In this document: positions 39,040-48,174 of the stretch, one piece after another
Layout of the letters: each line of letters starts with the position of its first letter
How positions within the stretch are numbered: the first letter of the stretch is position 1
Origin: a virus
Taxonomy: Duplodnaviria > Caudoviricetes
Reading direction: 5' to 3' (one strand)
DNA: 64,000 nt
IMG/VR virus record: IMGVR_UViG_3300005844_000001
Span: 11,074 to 75,073 of that record
Position numbers and translations under genes: made by a program
Notes under the pieces: generated by a model
Seen by the model: only the letters and a program-made list of their open reading frames with translations
Databases searched by the model: none
Told to the model about the DNA's origin: nothing

Positions 39040-39673
39040 TTTTCCACCCTTCTATTATCTTCGGGTCCGGCTTAAGAAACAAAGACTGGAACGCTCGGCC
39101 GCTCAGCTTCCACCCCTCGGCAATCGGCTCGTAGACTTCTACAGTCTCTGGAGGAGGGTGCAAATCAGCCCTAACGAAAATCAAATTGCACGGCGTGCGG
39201 TAAAGTAGCCCGTATCCCTTGTGCGTTCCCAAGCCGACCAGAGCGCCGAACGAAGCGCCGAAGTAGTCGTCTCCAGCCCAGCGGTGATAAGGGTCATAGA
39301 AAATCGTCTTGTTCCCGGAAAGCGTAGGGTTGAATTCAATTACTACGATACACGGAGCCCAAAGCAACGCTCGCCAGAGCCAGTAATCATTCCCATCCAC
39401 ATCGATGGACAATACTCCACACGCCATCGGCACAACTTGATTGACATTGTCTACAGTAATATTCCGAAGCACTACTGCTAATCCTTTAGGCTCCCAGTCA
39501 TACTGGAAGCCGGTCCAGCCGGCTTCCATAAGTCCCCGAATATTGGACAAGTGGTAGCCGTCGCCAGCGCCGAACTCGACCGCTACGCGCGGAACCACAA
39601 AGCCGCTTCGCTCGAGGAGTTTAACAATTTCGGCAATCAGCTTCGTCTCTCCGTATTGCGAATAGTCTTTCAT
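39023..39673 (-). CDS. FkbM-like methyltransferase
   Basis: YSQYGE, VEFGAGDG..SN, LSIDVDGNDYW, VIEFN, KGY.L..NLIFV. Confidence 0.85.
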   Translation of the reverse strand: MKDYSQYGETKLIAEIVKLLERSGFVVPRVAVEFGAGDGYHLSNIRGLMEAGWTGFQYDWEPKGLAVVLRNITVDNVNQVVPMACGVLSIDVDGNDYWLWRALLWAPCIVVIEFNPTLSGNKTIFYDPYHRWAGDDYFGASFGALVGLGTHKGYGLLYRTPCNLIFVRADLHPPPETVEVYEPIAEGWKLSGRAFQSLFLKPDPKIIEGWKNEKEN

Positions 39674-39788
39674 TGTTTTGGGCGAGTTTACCCGAAAGGG
39701 GTAGGCTTTCTTCCATTTGTCGATACTCGCTGAGATTTACTCGCTACCTCTCAGTTCATCCGGGAGCTACCCGGCACGCTCTTATTAT

Positions 39789-41213
39789 CTACACTCCACC
39801 TACTCTAACTTTCTTGCGAGCGAGGCGATTGAACGCCCCGCCGCTAGCGTCGACCTGGTCAGTATAGCGAGAGTGCGGAAAGAAACGCAACTCATCCAAA
39901 TACTCTTTCGTCCACTCCCTATTCAAGCACTTTACGTTGCCGCCGCCGACTTGCGAAGCGAAGGGATACGCGCGGCTGATTTTGTCTCCAGTAGGATGGT
40001 AGGCAAATACGATAAAGCCAGCGAGCATCCGGACGGTATTCTCCCCGGACTCTTTGCCGCCAGAGCCGCCCTCTACTTCCAGCGCGATACGCACGTCCTT
40101 CCCATCCGTCTGCGCGGTTTGTAGTATCATCGCTTCCCGTTGCGTAGCTCCCCACTGCCCGCGCACTACGTCGAGCACCCAATAAACGCTGTGCAGTTCG
40201 TCCACCATCATCTTGACTCCGACGCTCCAGTTGCCACCCTCCTGCGTCCCCGCTTTGTCCCAGCTTCTAATTATCCGCCCGCGCTTGTTCGGCAGCGCGT
40301 CCACCAGTTCAATCTTCGATACTTGAAACATACCGCCGCCCAATGGCACGGGGTCCTGGAGGATTTGAGCTGCGTAGCCATAAGCGCCCAACTCTTGCTT
40401 GAGCTTGTCCAGCACGCCTTGCGGAAGGCGCACCGGGTCCAGCATCCCATCGATATACCTCTCCCCAAGCTCTAACGGCGATACGTTATCAGTCAACTCT
40501 CCCGGCAGGCAGATATGTTTTACCTTGCCGAGCTTTTGCGAAAGCATTTCCCCGCTGGGGTCTGCTTGATGGAGACGTTGCTGGATGAGGATAGTCGGAG
40601 TCACGCGCTTGTCGACTTTGCGCGAGGGGAGCGTATTGGTCATCCAGCGGTTGACGGACTTCAATTCCGCTTCGCTGAAAGACTCTTCGGGGTTGATAGG
40701 GTCGTCGACAATCAGAAAGTGGCCATGGTATCCAGTTACCAGCCCGCCGACGCCAACAGACAAGCGAAACCCCATCTGCGTATTGGTAAACAGCCCCTTG
40801 GTATTCTCGTCCTCGCGCAGCTGGATATTGGGGAAGCAACGCTGGTATCGCTCCGACTGGACGATATCCCGAGTCTTGAGCGAGTCTTTCAGCGCGACTT
40901 GATGCGCGTAGGAGCCACAAATAAACTTGGTGCTCGGCATACGCGCCCAGCACCACGCGGGGAACGCTTGCGAGCAGATGGTTGACTTGGACGAGCCGGG
41001 AGGGACGTTGATTACTACGTCATATTCTTTCGGCCATCCAGCGAATACCAGCTCGGCTACCTCCTGCAACTCGTCGCAGAGATACTTGATGTGCCAGTTA
41101 GCGACGAGCGGCTCGGCTACGATTAAGTCCCAAAACTCTAAGAGGAAACGGTAGAAGCTGCGCTTGCAAAGAGCCGCCAGAACCTTCTCTTCACTTACCT
41201 GAGTGAGCACCAT
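39789..41213 (-). CDS. terL: Terminase large subunit
   Basis: INVPPGSSKST Walker A, LIVDDP, QQRLH, RSWDKA, DQVDA. Confidence 0.95.
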   Translation of the reverse strand: MVLTQVSEEKVLAALCKRSFYRFLLEFWDLIVAEPLVANWHIKYLCDELQEVAELVFAGWPKEYDVVINVPPGSSKSTICSQAFPAWCWARMPSTKFICGSYAHQVALKDSLKTRDIVQSERYQRCFPNIQLREDENTKGLFTNTQMGFRLSVGVGGLVTGYHGHFLIVDDPINPEESFSEAELKSVNRWMTNTLPSRKVDKRVTPTILIQQRLHQADPSGEMLSQKLGKVKHICLPGELTDNVSPLELGERYIDGMLDPVRLPQGVLDKLKQELGAYGYAAQILQDPVPLGGGMFQVSKIELVDALPNKRGRIIRSWDKAGTQEGGNWSVGVKMMVDELHSVYWVLDVVRGQWGATQREAMILQTAQTDGKDVRIALEVEGGSGGKESGENTVRMLAGFIVFAYHPTGDKISRAYPFASQVGGGNVKCLNREWTKEYLDELRFFPHSRYTDQVDASGGAFNRLARKKVRVGGV

Positions 41214-41670
41214 TCTTTTTTCTTATCGCTTCCAAGAGCTTTTCGAGAGTCGGGGTATCCAAGTCCAGCGTCTCGATATCAACCCCAGTAGTTGTTATCT
41301 TCCCCGAGTGCTCCAGCTGAAGTATTTCCAAGCCGAGGATACGGTCCATTTGACGTCTGGCGTTCTGCTTGATTATGTATGGAGCTTTCTTGTCGAGGAT
41401 ATTGCCTTCCCACCAGGCGACAGAGTCTGCACGAAGCTCTTCCTTTGCTCTTTGGATATGGATAAGGAGCCTCTCTCGCGCGCGACTAAGGTAGGTTTCC
41501 GCAGTTGCGTGATTGACGTTGAACTTTTTCTTGACTAATGCCATTATGGTATGCTTCAAGACATGTCCCTGGCGCAAGAGCAGTTCGGTATATTGGATAC
41601 GCTCCTCCATTTGCGCTTCCGTTGGCTTCTGGGGTTTGGGATAATATTTCCCTTTGGGTCCGACTGGCAT
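41191..41670 (-). CDS. terS: Probable terminase small subunit
   Basis: Immediately upstream of terL; helical; ILGLE..LEHSG tail. Confidence 0.7.
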   Translation of the reverse strand: MPVGPKGKYYPKPQKPTEAQMEERIQYTELLLRQGHVLKHTIMALVKKKFNVNHATAETYLSRARERLLIHIQRAKEELRADSVAWWEGNILDKKAPYIIKQNARRQMDRILGLEILQLEHSGKITTTGVDIETLDLDTPTLEKLLEAIRKKNGAHSGK

Positions 41671-41674
41671 AAAT

Positions 41675-42079
41675 TTATTTTCGCAAGTTAGTCGTATCCA
41701 CAAGACTAAGCAAGCTCTTTACAGACTTACAGTTGAAGTCTTCTCCCATCAAGTCTACATATCCCCGCGCATTCAAACTAAAAGCTATTTCTCGAATCGA
41801 ACAAAAACCAACTTTGCGTATCGTTGCTACTACTGGTCGTAATTCGTTTACGTAATCTTCAGTAGCTTTAGCGATTTCTTCCGGAGAAACAATCGGCTCC
41901 CATTCTTTCCAGTCTCCAAAAGTTTTAATATCTATCAGTATCTTTAGAATACTAACGCACGAGCTGCAAAAGTATTGCGGACGATTCCCGTGCTTGATTG
42001 CTACAAATTGAGTCCAGTCATCACTACACATCGTACAGACCCAAGGAGTCTTATTAGTTCTCCCGTATATACTTATCAT
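41675..42079 (-). CDS. Zinc finger plus recombinase-type HTH protein
   Basis: CTMC..CSSC; SIREIAFSLNARGY..F..KSVKSLL. Confidence 0.55.
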   Translation of the reverse strand: MISIYGRTNKTPWVCTMCSDDWTQFVAIKHGNRPQYFCSSCVSILKILIDIKTFGDWKEWEPIVSPEEIAKATEDYVNELRPVVATIRKVGFCSIREIAFSLNARGYVDLMGEDFNCKSVKSLLSLVDTTNLRK

Positions 42080-43131
42080 ACTTTCTTCACCAGGCGGATA
42101 GCAAAGTCGAGCTGCTTGGTAGCATCTGGTTTCAGTATCAATTTGTTTTTGAATACGTGGTAGTTGACGCAATGCTGCCAGCGGCCGAAGCGCTGGATAA
42201 TTCTAACATACCGGGGGTGGCGCTTCTGGAGCGCTTGCGCCATCTTGAGCCGGCCATCGCCTTGATACAGCTCGTCCGTATTGCCTCCTTTCATCGTCAT
42301 CGTCTGTTGCTTGCCGGCGAGGAAAGCATTGAACTGGACCGTGCAAAGTCCGTCGCGAAGGACCCTTAGGGAGAGGTCCGTATCTTCGTTGTATCTACCG
42401 CGCCACCGATAGGGCAAATCGTTCTTGATAAGGATACAGGAGTAGATACGGGTATTCAAGACATAGGGCGGAATAACTTGCTTGTTCTTGGCAAAGAAGT
42501 GGTAGTTCATCCCCGCTAAGCCAACGTTCTGGTAGCGGTCGGCAAAGTCTTCGACCGCGCGGAAGATAGCGCCGTCAGATACCTTTACTTTGGCATTCTT
42601 GTTCCGGCGGAAAAAGTGGCGGATATTGTCGTCGAGAATCCAGTGGCGCTCCGCCCCGGACTTGATGGCGTGCTCCCATATCCAGTTTCTTGCGGGGATT
42701 GACCCCTTGCCGAGATTGGAGAACGGGAGAACCAGTATCTTGTCGCGGTCGATAACCTTCGCGTATTCCTTGCGTTCCTGCGGCTCCACCACGATATAGT
42801 AAGGGACGTGGATTGCTTCCAGGGTCCGGCTGGTTAGACGAGACTTCCAGCGCCCCTTCGATACGATGTAGACGGGGTATCGGGGGACGACTTGAGACTG
42901 GGCTGCGTAGCGCACGCCTTCCACCACGTTCCGTTCCCGCTTCGGGTGCCAAACGTATTGCGTCTTCGGAGTCAATCGTTGCCCGATTAGCTTGGCAAAC
43001 TTCTCCCGGTCCTGCTGGCAGGTAAAGTGGACTTTGAGCGTCTGCCAAGGCATGAGGTTCTCTTGAGCGTATTTGGGCATCCCTTCCCATTCCCGCTCCC
43101 AGTCCAGGGGCATATCGAGCAGCTTAGGCAT
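42076..43131 (-). CDS. TET-associated-type (TAGT/GREB1-like) glycosyltransferase, copy B
   Basis: YPVYIVSKGR, ARNWIWEH, HWILDDNI, WRGRYNEDTDLSL, MKGGNT. Confidence 0.8.
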   Translation of the reverse strand: MPKLLDMPLDWEREWEGMPKYAQENLMPWQTLKVHFTCQQDREKFAKLIGQRLTPKTQYVWHPKRERNVVEGVRYAAQSQVVPRYPVYIVSKGRWKSRLTSRTLEAIHVPYYIVVEPQERKEYAKVIDRDKILVLPFSNLGKGSIPARNWIWEHAIKSGAERHWILDDNIRHFFRRNKNAKVKVSDGAIFRAVEDFADRYQNVGLAGMNYHFFAKNKQVIPPYVLNTRIYSCILIKNDLPYRWRGRYNEDTDLSLRVLRDGLCTVQFNAFLAGKQQTMTMKGGNTDELYQGDGRLKMAQALQKRHPRYVRIIQRFGRWQHCVNYHVFKNKLILKPDATKQLDFAIRLVKKV

Positions 43132-44206
43132 GGCGATTGTTTACGTAGTCAAGTTCCATCCCATAATTATCTCTCTCGCTCGAAATGGAAAGCCCCGATT
43201 TCAGCTTGAGCCGGTTCTTGGCAAAGGGGCGATAGTTGATGGAGTGTTGCCAGCGTCCCCATTTCTTTTTAATCTCCACCAGATTGCCGTGCTGCTTCTG
43301 GAGCGACTTGGCCATCCGCAATCTTCCATCGCCCTGGTAAAGCTCGTCCGTATTGCCGCCGGCCATGGTCATCGTCTGCACTTTGTCTATCAGGAACGTA
43401 TTGAACAAGACCGTGCACAACCCGCCTTTCAATACCCGTAGAGAGAGGTCTGTGTCTTCGTTATACCTTCCCCTCCACCGATAGGGCAAATCGTTGCGGA
43501 TAAGGATACAGGAGTAGATGCGCGTGTTCAAAGTAAACGGATTGATAGACGGGCTCTTTCTTGGGGCAAACATAAAATAATTCATCCCCGCCAGCCCGAC
43601 GTTAGAGTATCTATCGGCGAAGTCTTCAGCGGCTCTGAACGTGCTGCCCGAATTTACTTCCACTTTCAAGTTGTCGTTCAGCCGGTAGAACCCTCGGATA
43701 TTGTCATCGAGAATCCAATGGCGCTCGTCTCCAGATGCTAGCGAATGTTCCCAAATCCAATTGCGAGCGGGGATAGAGCCTTTCCCCAAATTGGAGAACG
43801 GCAGGACCAGAATCTTTTTCCGGTCGATTACCTTTGCATACGCTTTGAGCTCCTGTGGCTCGACCACGATATGATAAGGGACTTTGATTCGCTCCAGAGC
43901 TCTGGCAGTCAAGCGGGATTCCCAACGGCCTTTCGAGACGATGTAAATCGGATATCTCGGGTTGATTTGCAACTGGCTGAAATATCGCTTGTCGACATAT
44001 CGGGTAATCTTCGCTTTGGGGAACCAGATGGACCGCGTGCGGTGCGTTACCGTTTGCCCGACCAGCTGGGCAAATCGCTCTTGGTCTTGAGCGCTAGAGA
44101 AATGGACGATGACTGACTTGAACGGCATCAAGTTGCGTTGCTTGAAATCGGGCATTCCGACCCATTCCCGCTCGCGGTCTTTGGGGATATCCAAGAGAGT
44201 TTTCAT
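43124..44206 (-). CDS. TET-associated-type (TAGT/GREB1-like) glycosyltransferase, copy A
   Basis: Same motifs; full-length paralogue of 42076-43131. Confidence 0.8.
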   Translation of the reverse strand: MKTLLDIPKDREREWVGMPDFKQRNLMPFKSVIVHFSSAQDQERFAQLVGQTVTHRTRSIWFPKAKITRYVDKRYFSQLQINPRYPIYIVSKGRWESRLTARALERIKVPYHIVVEPQELKAYAKVIDRKKILVLPFSNLGKGSIPARNWIWEHSLASGDERHWILDDNIRGFYRLNDNLKVEVNSGSTFRAAEDFADRYSNVGLAGMNYFMFAPRKSPSINPFTLNTRIYSCILIRNDLPYRWRGRYNEDTDLSLRVLKGGLCTVLFNTFLIDKVQTMTMAGGNTDELYQGDGRLRMAKSLQKQHGNLVEIKKKWGRWQHSINYRPFAKNRLKLKSGLSISSERDNYGMELDYVNNRHA

Positions 44207-44268
44207 TAGCTGCCGCTATGTTGACACTCTTTTGCAATAAAAACAGGTCCTAGCGTGCATTCCTGACG
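44204..44268 (-). repeat. Dispersed ~65-bp repeat, copy 2 (inverted)
   Basis: Minus strand CGTCAGGAATGCACGCTAGGACCTGTTTTTATTGCAAAAGAGTGTCAACATAGCGGCAGCTAATG. Confidence 0.8.
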
Positions 44269-44281
44269 ATTCCTGCGTGCT

Positions 44282-44578
44282 CTAGTTCGGGACAAGATGG
44301 TTGTTTTTCTTCCTTCCGCTCAAAATTTGAATAGTGGCGATTACTGCGCGCGGACGTTGCTTGCGAGCTTTGACGATAGCCACTTTGCGCCGATACCCCT
44401 TGACCAGGAAGAGGTCTTCAACCAGAGTCAAGTAAAGCCGGCCGCGAGAACCGCAAGACCGCGTCGGCTCTGGAATCTTCCGATACCCTAAATACTGTCC
44501 GGTCTTCGCGTCAACAAAGTCCTCGACGTAGCCCAAGACTTCTTCGGGGTGGGTTTCGGGGTCCAAGAATTTATTCAT
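44282..44578 (-). CDS. Hypothetical protein
   Basis: ATG ORF overlapping the upstream stop. Confidence 0.55.
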   Translation of the reverse strand: MNKFLDPETHPEEVLGYVEDFVDAKTGQYLGYRKIPEPTRSCGSRGRLYLTLVEDLFLVKGYRRKVAIVKARKQRPRAVIATIQILSGRKKNNHLVPN

Positions 44579-44951
44579 ACTCGTTCCAAACTTTTTTAAT
44601 TTCCCACAAATCTCTTTGCATAAGCGGCCCGAGCTTCTTGATTGGCAGACCGTTCTTTTTCCATTCCCGAAGAAACCTTAGCTCGAACGCATTCCAGCGC
44701 TCGCCCCTTCGGCTTTCCCGATAGACCGTCGGCACATAGTCAATCGGTTTATCGTCTCGACGGTCCGTCTGGAATTCCCAAATCCGTCGATGGACTGAAG
44801 CAAAGCCGCGCTTCGACTTAAACCCTAATTGCCGTTCCGAAGAACTTCCAGCAAAGAGTGGATTCAGTAGCACCTTGTCGGTCTCTTCGTCCGTCCAGTC
44901 TTCTTCGGCTTTTTTATTCTTAATAATACTATCAGGCAACAAACCTTTCAT
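44571..44951 (-). CDS. Myb/HTH-like repeat protein
   Basis: WTDEE..L and RWNAFELRFL repeats; AAGGAG upstream; paralogue of 45758-46369. Confidence 0.55.
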   Translation of the reverse strand: MKGLLPDSIIKNKKAEEDWTDEETDKVLLNPLFAGSSSERQLGFKSKRGFASVHRRIWEFQTDRRDDKPIDYVPTVYRESRRGERWNAFELRFLREWKKNGLPIKKLGPLMQRDLWEIKKVWNEYE

Positions 44952-44959
44952 AACTCCTT

Positions 44960-45511
44960 TTAGCCCTGTGCGTCTATTATCTTTCGGGGCTCGACTTCGG
45001 CTAAGAAAGTCTCTAGTGGAATCCCGACGATAGCTGCCAGCTTCCCTCCGATAATCAAACAGAACAAACCCGAAGGCGGAGGAAATACTGGCATAATCTG
45101 GTTCGCATATTTCCAACTCAAGTAAACTATAGATACGCGCCGGTCCCGGCGGCAAATAAGCATCCACGTCCGGCTCTTCGCTTGCCGGGCGCTCCGTCGA
45201 GCTTGACGCAGCGCCGCCACGAAAGGGTGAGTTTTATTATCCCCTTTAACGTCGAGCAAATCTCCCAAGCAACCGTGCGAGCGCCCGCGCTTGAGCTCGA
45301 TAGTAAAGTAGCGGAGCAGTGGCTCGCCGATAGGGTCCACGGCCGCGATATCTCCGTAGCTGCCATACGTGCGCTGGCCCTTCTTCGCTCGCTGCGTCGC
45401 TCGTCCGCCAGATTGACTGGAGCGCCAGAATACATCGTCACGCTCGTCGCTTGTCCACCACTTGGAAAGCAGCTTGCAAATTTCTCTTTCAAATGCAGAA
45501 CCTTTAGCCAT
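44960..45511 (-). CDS. Holliday junction resolvase (PD-(D/E)XK)
   Basis: KGSAFEREICKLLSKWW, FWRS..SGG, GDI, TIELK. Confidence 0.85.
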   Translation of the reverse strand: MAKGSAFEREICKLLSKWWTSDERDDVFWRSSQSGGRATQRAKKGQRTYGSYGDIAAVDPIGEPLLRYFTIELKRGRSHGCLGDLLDVKGDNKTHPFVAALRQARRSARQAKSRTWMLICRRDRRVSIVYLSWKYANQIMPVFPPPSGLFCLIIGGKLAAIVGIPLETFLAEVEPRKIIDAQG

Positions 45512-45761
45512 TAGACTTCGGCAGTTCGACAAAGCACTTGTCAAATTCCTCGTTCGTTAGAACGATACACGTCCCCTCGCTGACGCATACTATCCAATCC
45601 GTCAGCTTGACTTTCGCCCCACTCCGGTGAGTAAGGTGCTGCCCGCCGCCTAAATCATGGAACGCTCGAAATACCCAAACCGGACGCGGCGAGTCTTTCA
45701 GAAACTGCCAGGCAGTTACGTCTTCGTGCGTCCCGTTGCGCAGCTGGTGAGTGGGTTTCAT
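45504..45761 (-). CDS. Hypothetical protein
   Basis: VTAWQF..DWIV..EEF pattern. Confidence 0.6.
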   Translation of the reverse strand: MKPTHQLRNGTHEDVTAWQFLKDSPRPVWVFRAFHDLGGGQHLTHRSGAKVKLTDWIVCVSEGTCIVLTNEEFDKCFVELPKSNG

Positions 45762-46369
45762 TTCCGGTAAGGAACTTTTACTTTCTCTGGCGGCTTCCCG
45801 TACTCGTCTTCGTATCGCTCGACCAAGTAAAGCGCCAACGTCTTGATTCGCTTGGGTCCCCAGAAGCCGTCCTTAGTTAACCCGAGCGCCCGGCCACCGC
45901 CGCCATACTCAACTTCCTCTTTGAACAAATCGTCATAAGCTTTGTTGGAAATAATCGGAGTCTTGTAGACGTGGTAAATATAACGGTGCGCCATTACCAC
46001 GTCGAGCGTCGGAGCGAAGACGGCGAGCGACTTTGCTTCCGGAATTTGCTTCCAGTCCTCGTTGATTTCCGAGACCGGCCGCTGCAAGAGATTAGCCGTC
46101 GCTTCCAGCGGCACTTTGCGCTGCTTGTGCTCCGCGAGAATCGCGCCTTCTCTGGCGTTGAGCCGCTTCCCCTTCCGACTGGTCCGATGGAACGGCTCGT
46201 AGCGGATAGCTAAGTCGCGTTCGTTGCGCGTCAGCTGCTGGACGCGCAGCTTGATTTCCGCGACGCTCCGCCGCGGCAGAGCGTCAGCGATACTCTTTAG
46301 CTCCGCTCCAGACAAGTAGAGATTCCAGAGCTTGCCAGACTCGCTCTTCTTCCACGGTCCGCCGCTCAT
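45758..46369 (-). CDS. Myb/HTH-like repeats fused to an NAD-ligase subdomain Ia-like motif
   Basis: AHRYIYHVYKTPIISNKAYDDL resembles LigA Ia H..YY..D.P.ISD..YD.L. Confidence 0.6.
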   Translation of the reverse strand: MSGGPWKKSESGKLWNLYLSGAELKSIADALPRRSVAEIKLRVQQLTRNERDLAIRYEPFHRTSRKGKRLNAREGAILAEHKQRKVPLEATANLLQRPVSEINEDWKQIPEAKSLAVFAPTLDVVMAHRYIYHVYKTPIISNKAYDDLFKEEVEYGGGGRALGLTKDGFWGPKRIKTLALYLVERYEDEYGKPPEKVKVPYRK

Positions 46370-46382
46370 AAGCGGCTCCCGG

Positions 46383-46553
46383 TTACTTGATAGCTGGTCC
46401 GAACGACTGCCAGCCCAACAAGCCGAGCAAGATAAAAAGCATGGCGTTGAAGCCGAGCGGCCGATACGTGCCTCCGCCCGAAGGCCAAAAGGCCCACAAG
46501 CCGAAGAGCAACCATACTATCATAATCACCCAGAACAAAGTTCCCTTTGACAT
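46383..46553 (-). CDS. Small two-TM membrane protein
   Basis: LFWVIMIVWLLFGLW..LFILLGLLGW..FGP. Confidence 0.65.
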   Translation of the reverse strand: MSKGTLFWVIMIVWLLFGLWAFWPSGGGTYRPLGFNAMLFILLGLLGWQSFGPAIK

Positions 46554-46756
46554 AGGGGCGGAGAGTAACAAGACGGACTGGAGATAGCAAGTTCATTGTT
46601 CGGTCTTCCGCCAGCCTGGCGGAACCGGGAAAGGGTGCCATTCGGGTTTGCCTTCATACGACTCTTCTAGCTGCCATATCGTCCCGTCGTCGCAGAGCGC
46701 CAAGACAAAGTATTTACCGACGGGGTCAATCGTCATAGAGATTTGAATTACTTTTC

Positions 46757-47113
46757 TTATAGTAACCCCTTGCCAGTAAAAGATTCATAAGTCTTCACTT
46801 TGCGCTCGAGGTCTGCTACTTCAGCTTTGAGCTGCGTATTTTCTTCCTGCAATGTTATCACGTCCACTACCGTGCCATCGACTAGCGGACGGAAGGAAGC
46901 GACGAGCAAGCCGGGTCGTAGCACGTTGCTAGCCGCGCCGGCGCAGAAGTTGACGCAGCGGACTACCCGCTCCGTATTAGCGCGGGCTTCAATCAAGTTG
47001 CGCCCGCGCCCGCCGGCCGTCGAGACGTAAGCCAGCATCCCTTCTGGCCCGCTGGCGATTTCAGTTCCGGACCCTTCGGGCATTACAAACCATGGCTCTT
47101 TCGTATGCGTCAT
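46757..47113 (-). CDS. Hypothetical protein
   Basis: HTKEPW..ANTERVVRCVN pattern common in small phage ORFs. Confidence 0.6.
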   Translation of the reverse strand: MTHTKEPWFVMPEGSGTEIASGPEGMLAYVSTAGGRGRNLIEARANTERVVRCVNFCAGAASNVLRPGLLVASFRPLVDGTVVDVITLQEENTQLKAEVADLERKVKTYESFTGKGLL

Positions 47114-48174
47114 ATGTATCTCCGCTTTCTTTCTGGCAGGCATTCATTTTCAATTTGTTTCCAAACCATCTCCGTCAGCTCCACTACTTTTTGCTCCAGC
47201 CCCTCTTCCTCGATATGAGCGATAACTGCACCACGCGAACCGGTAAACAGAATATCCTTTGCGTCAATCTCCTTGTTTTCGTTCTTTTTCCAGTGCTTCT
47301 CAGCCACCAGAAAATCGACGCACGAACCCACATCGTCAATCCCTAGACCGTAGTAAATCGGTATCTGCACCGCACGGTCTTTGCCCACTTTACCCGTCAC
47401 CCTATTCTTCTTTACCTCGGCCAGGCAACGAGCCCCCACCGTGCGCGGCTTTCCTCTCACCGTTCGCAAAATCTTCCCGACTACGCTCGTCCATATTTCC
47501 AAGTTAGCGTAGAAGCGCAACGCCCGGCCGCCGGCTCTGGTTCGCGTCTCGAACCCGAACTTGAGATTGTCGCGGGTCTGCCCGATAACCAGGAGGATGG
47601 ATTTGGTCCGCCGCAGCCCCGCGAGGACGTGGCGCAAGTTCTCGCTATGGTATTTGGCTTTGCTGTCTCCATACGAACCCTTGGAATCCTCTCCCTCTTC
47701 AGCGGCTTTCTTCTGGATGGCAAACTTCTTAGCCGCCGCCTTAGACGTCAGCGCATCTTGAGAATCGAGGACGTAGATAAACGGCCGGCGAGCTTTAATC
47801 AAGTCAGCCATGCGGTAGTAGAAAGATTCAATCGTGCTGGACTGGACCCACTTCATCCGCTTGGCCATATCCTTCCCAAAGTAGTGCGCGACATCCATCA
47901 AAGCTCCGCCCTCCACGTCGTCGTAAATCAGCTCGTAATTCTTGAAAGCTGGCGAGCGACACGCTTCCGCGAAGCAGGACAAGCTTAGCCACGTCTTGCC
48001 GGAGACGCTATCCCCGACCAGATAGTAGTAGGCTCCTTTGAGATACCCGCAATCCGCACGGTCCGTACAAGCTAAATTGAGGAGGGTGCTCCCCGTCGAG
48101 AGAGCACCCTCCTTGGACAATACCGACTTCTCACGCGGCGCCAGCAATGCTTTCTTGTCCGCCGCAGTATTCAT
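47110..48174 (-). CDS. recA: RecA/UvsX-like recombinase
   Basis: LSTGSTLLNLA, GDSVSGKT, YVLDS, IGQTRD, GGRALRFYA, VKKNRV. Confidence 0.92.
   Translation of the reverse strand: MNTAADKKALLAPREKSVLSKEGALSTGSTLLNLACTDRADCGYLKGAYYYLVGDSVSGKTWLSLSCFAEACRSPAFKNYELIYDDVEGGALMDVAHYFGKDMAKRMKWVQSSTIESFYYRMADLIKARRPFIYVLDSQDALTSKAAAKKFAIQKKAAEEGEDSKGSYGDSKAKYHSENLRHVLAGLRRTKSILLVIGQTRDNLKFGFETRTRAGGRALRFYANLEIWTSVVGKILRTVRGKPRTVGARCLAEVKKNRVTGKVGKDRAVQIPIYYGLGIDDVGSCVDFLVAEKHWKKNENKEIDAKDILFTGSRGAVIAHIEEEGLEQKVVELTEMVWKQIENECLPERKRRYI

Noticed and set aside
42076-44206. Diversity-generating retroelement template/variable repeat pair
   Set aside because: Both copies are full coding paralogues, differences are not adenine-specific, and there is no reverse transcriptase in the window
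44221-44250. TTGACA in the dispersed repeat as a sigma70 -35 box
   Set aside because: No -10 hexamer at 16-18 nt, and the hexamer is not conserved in all copies
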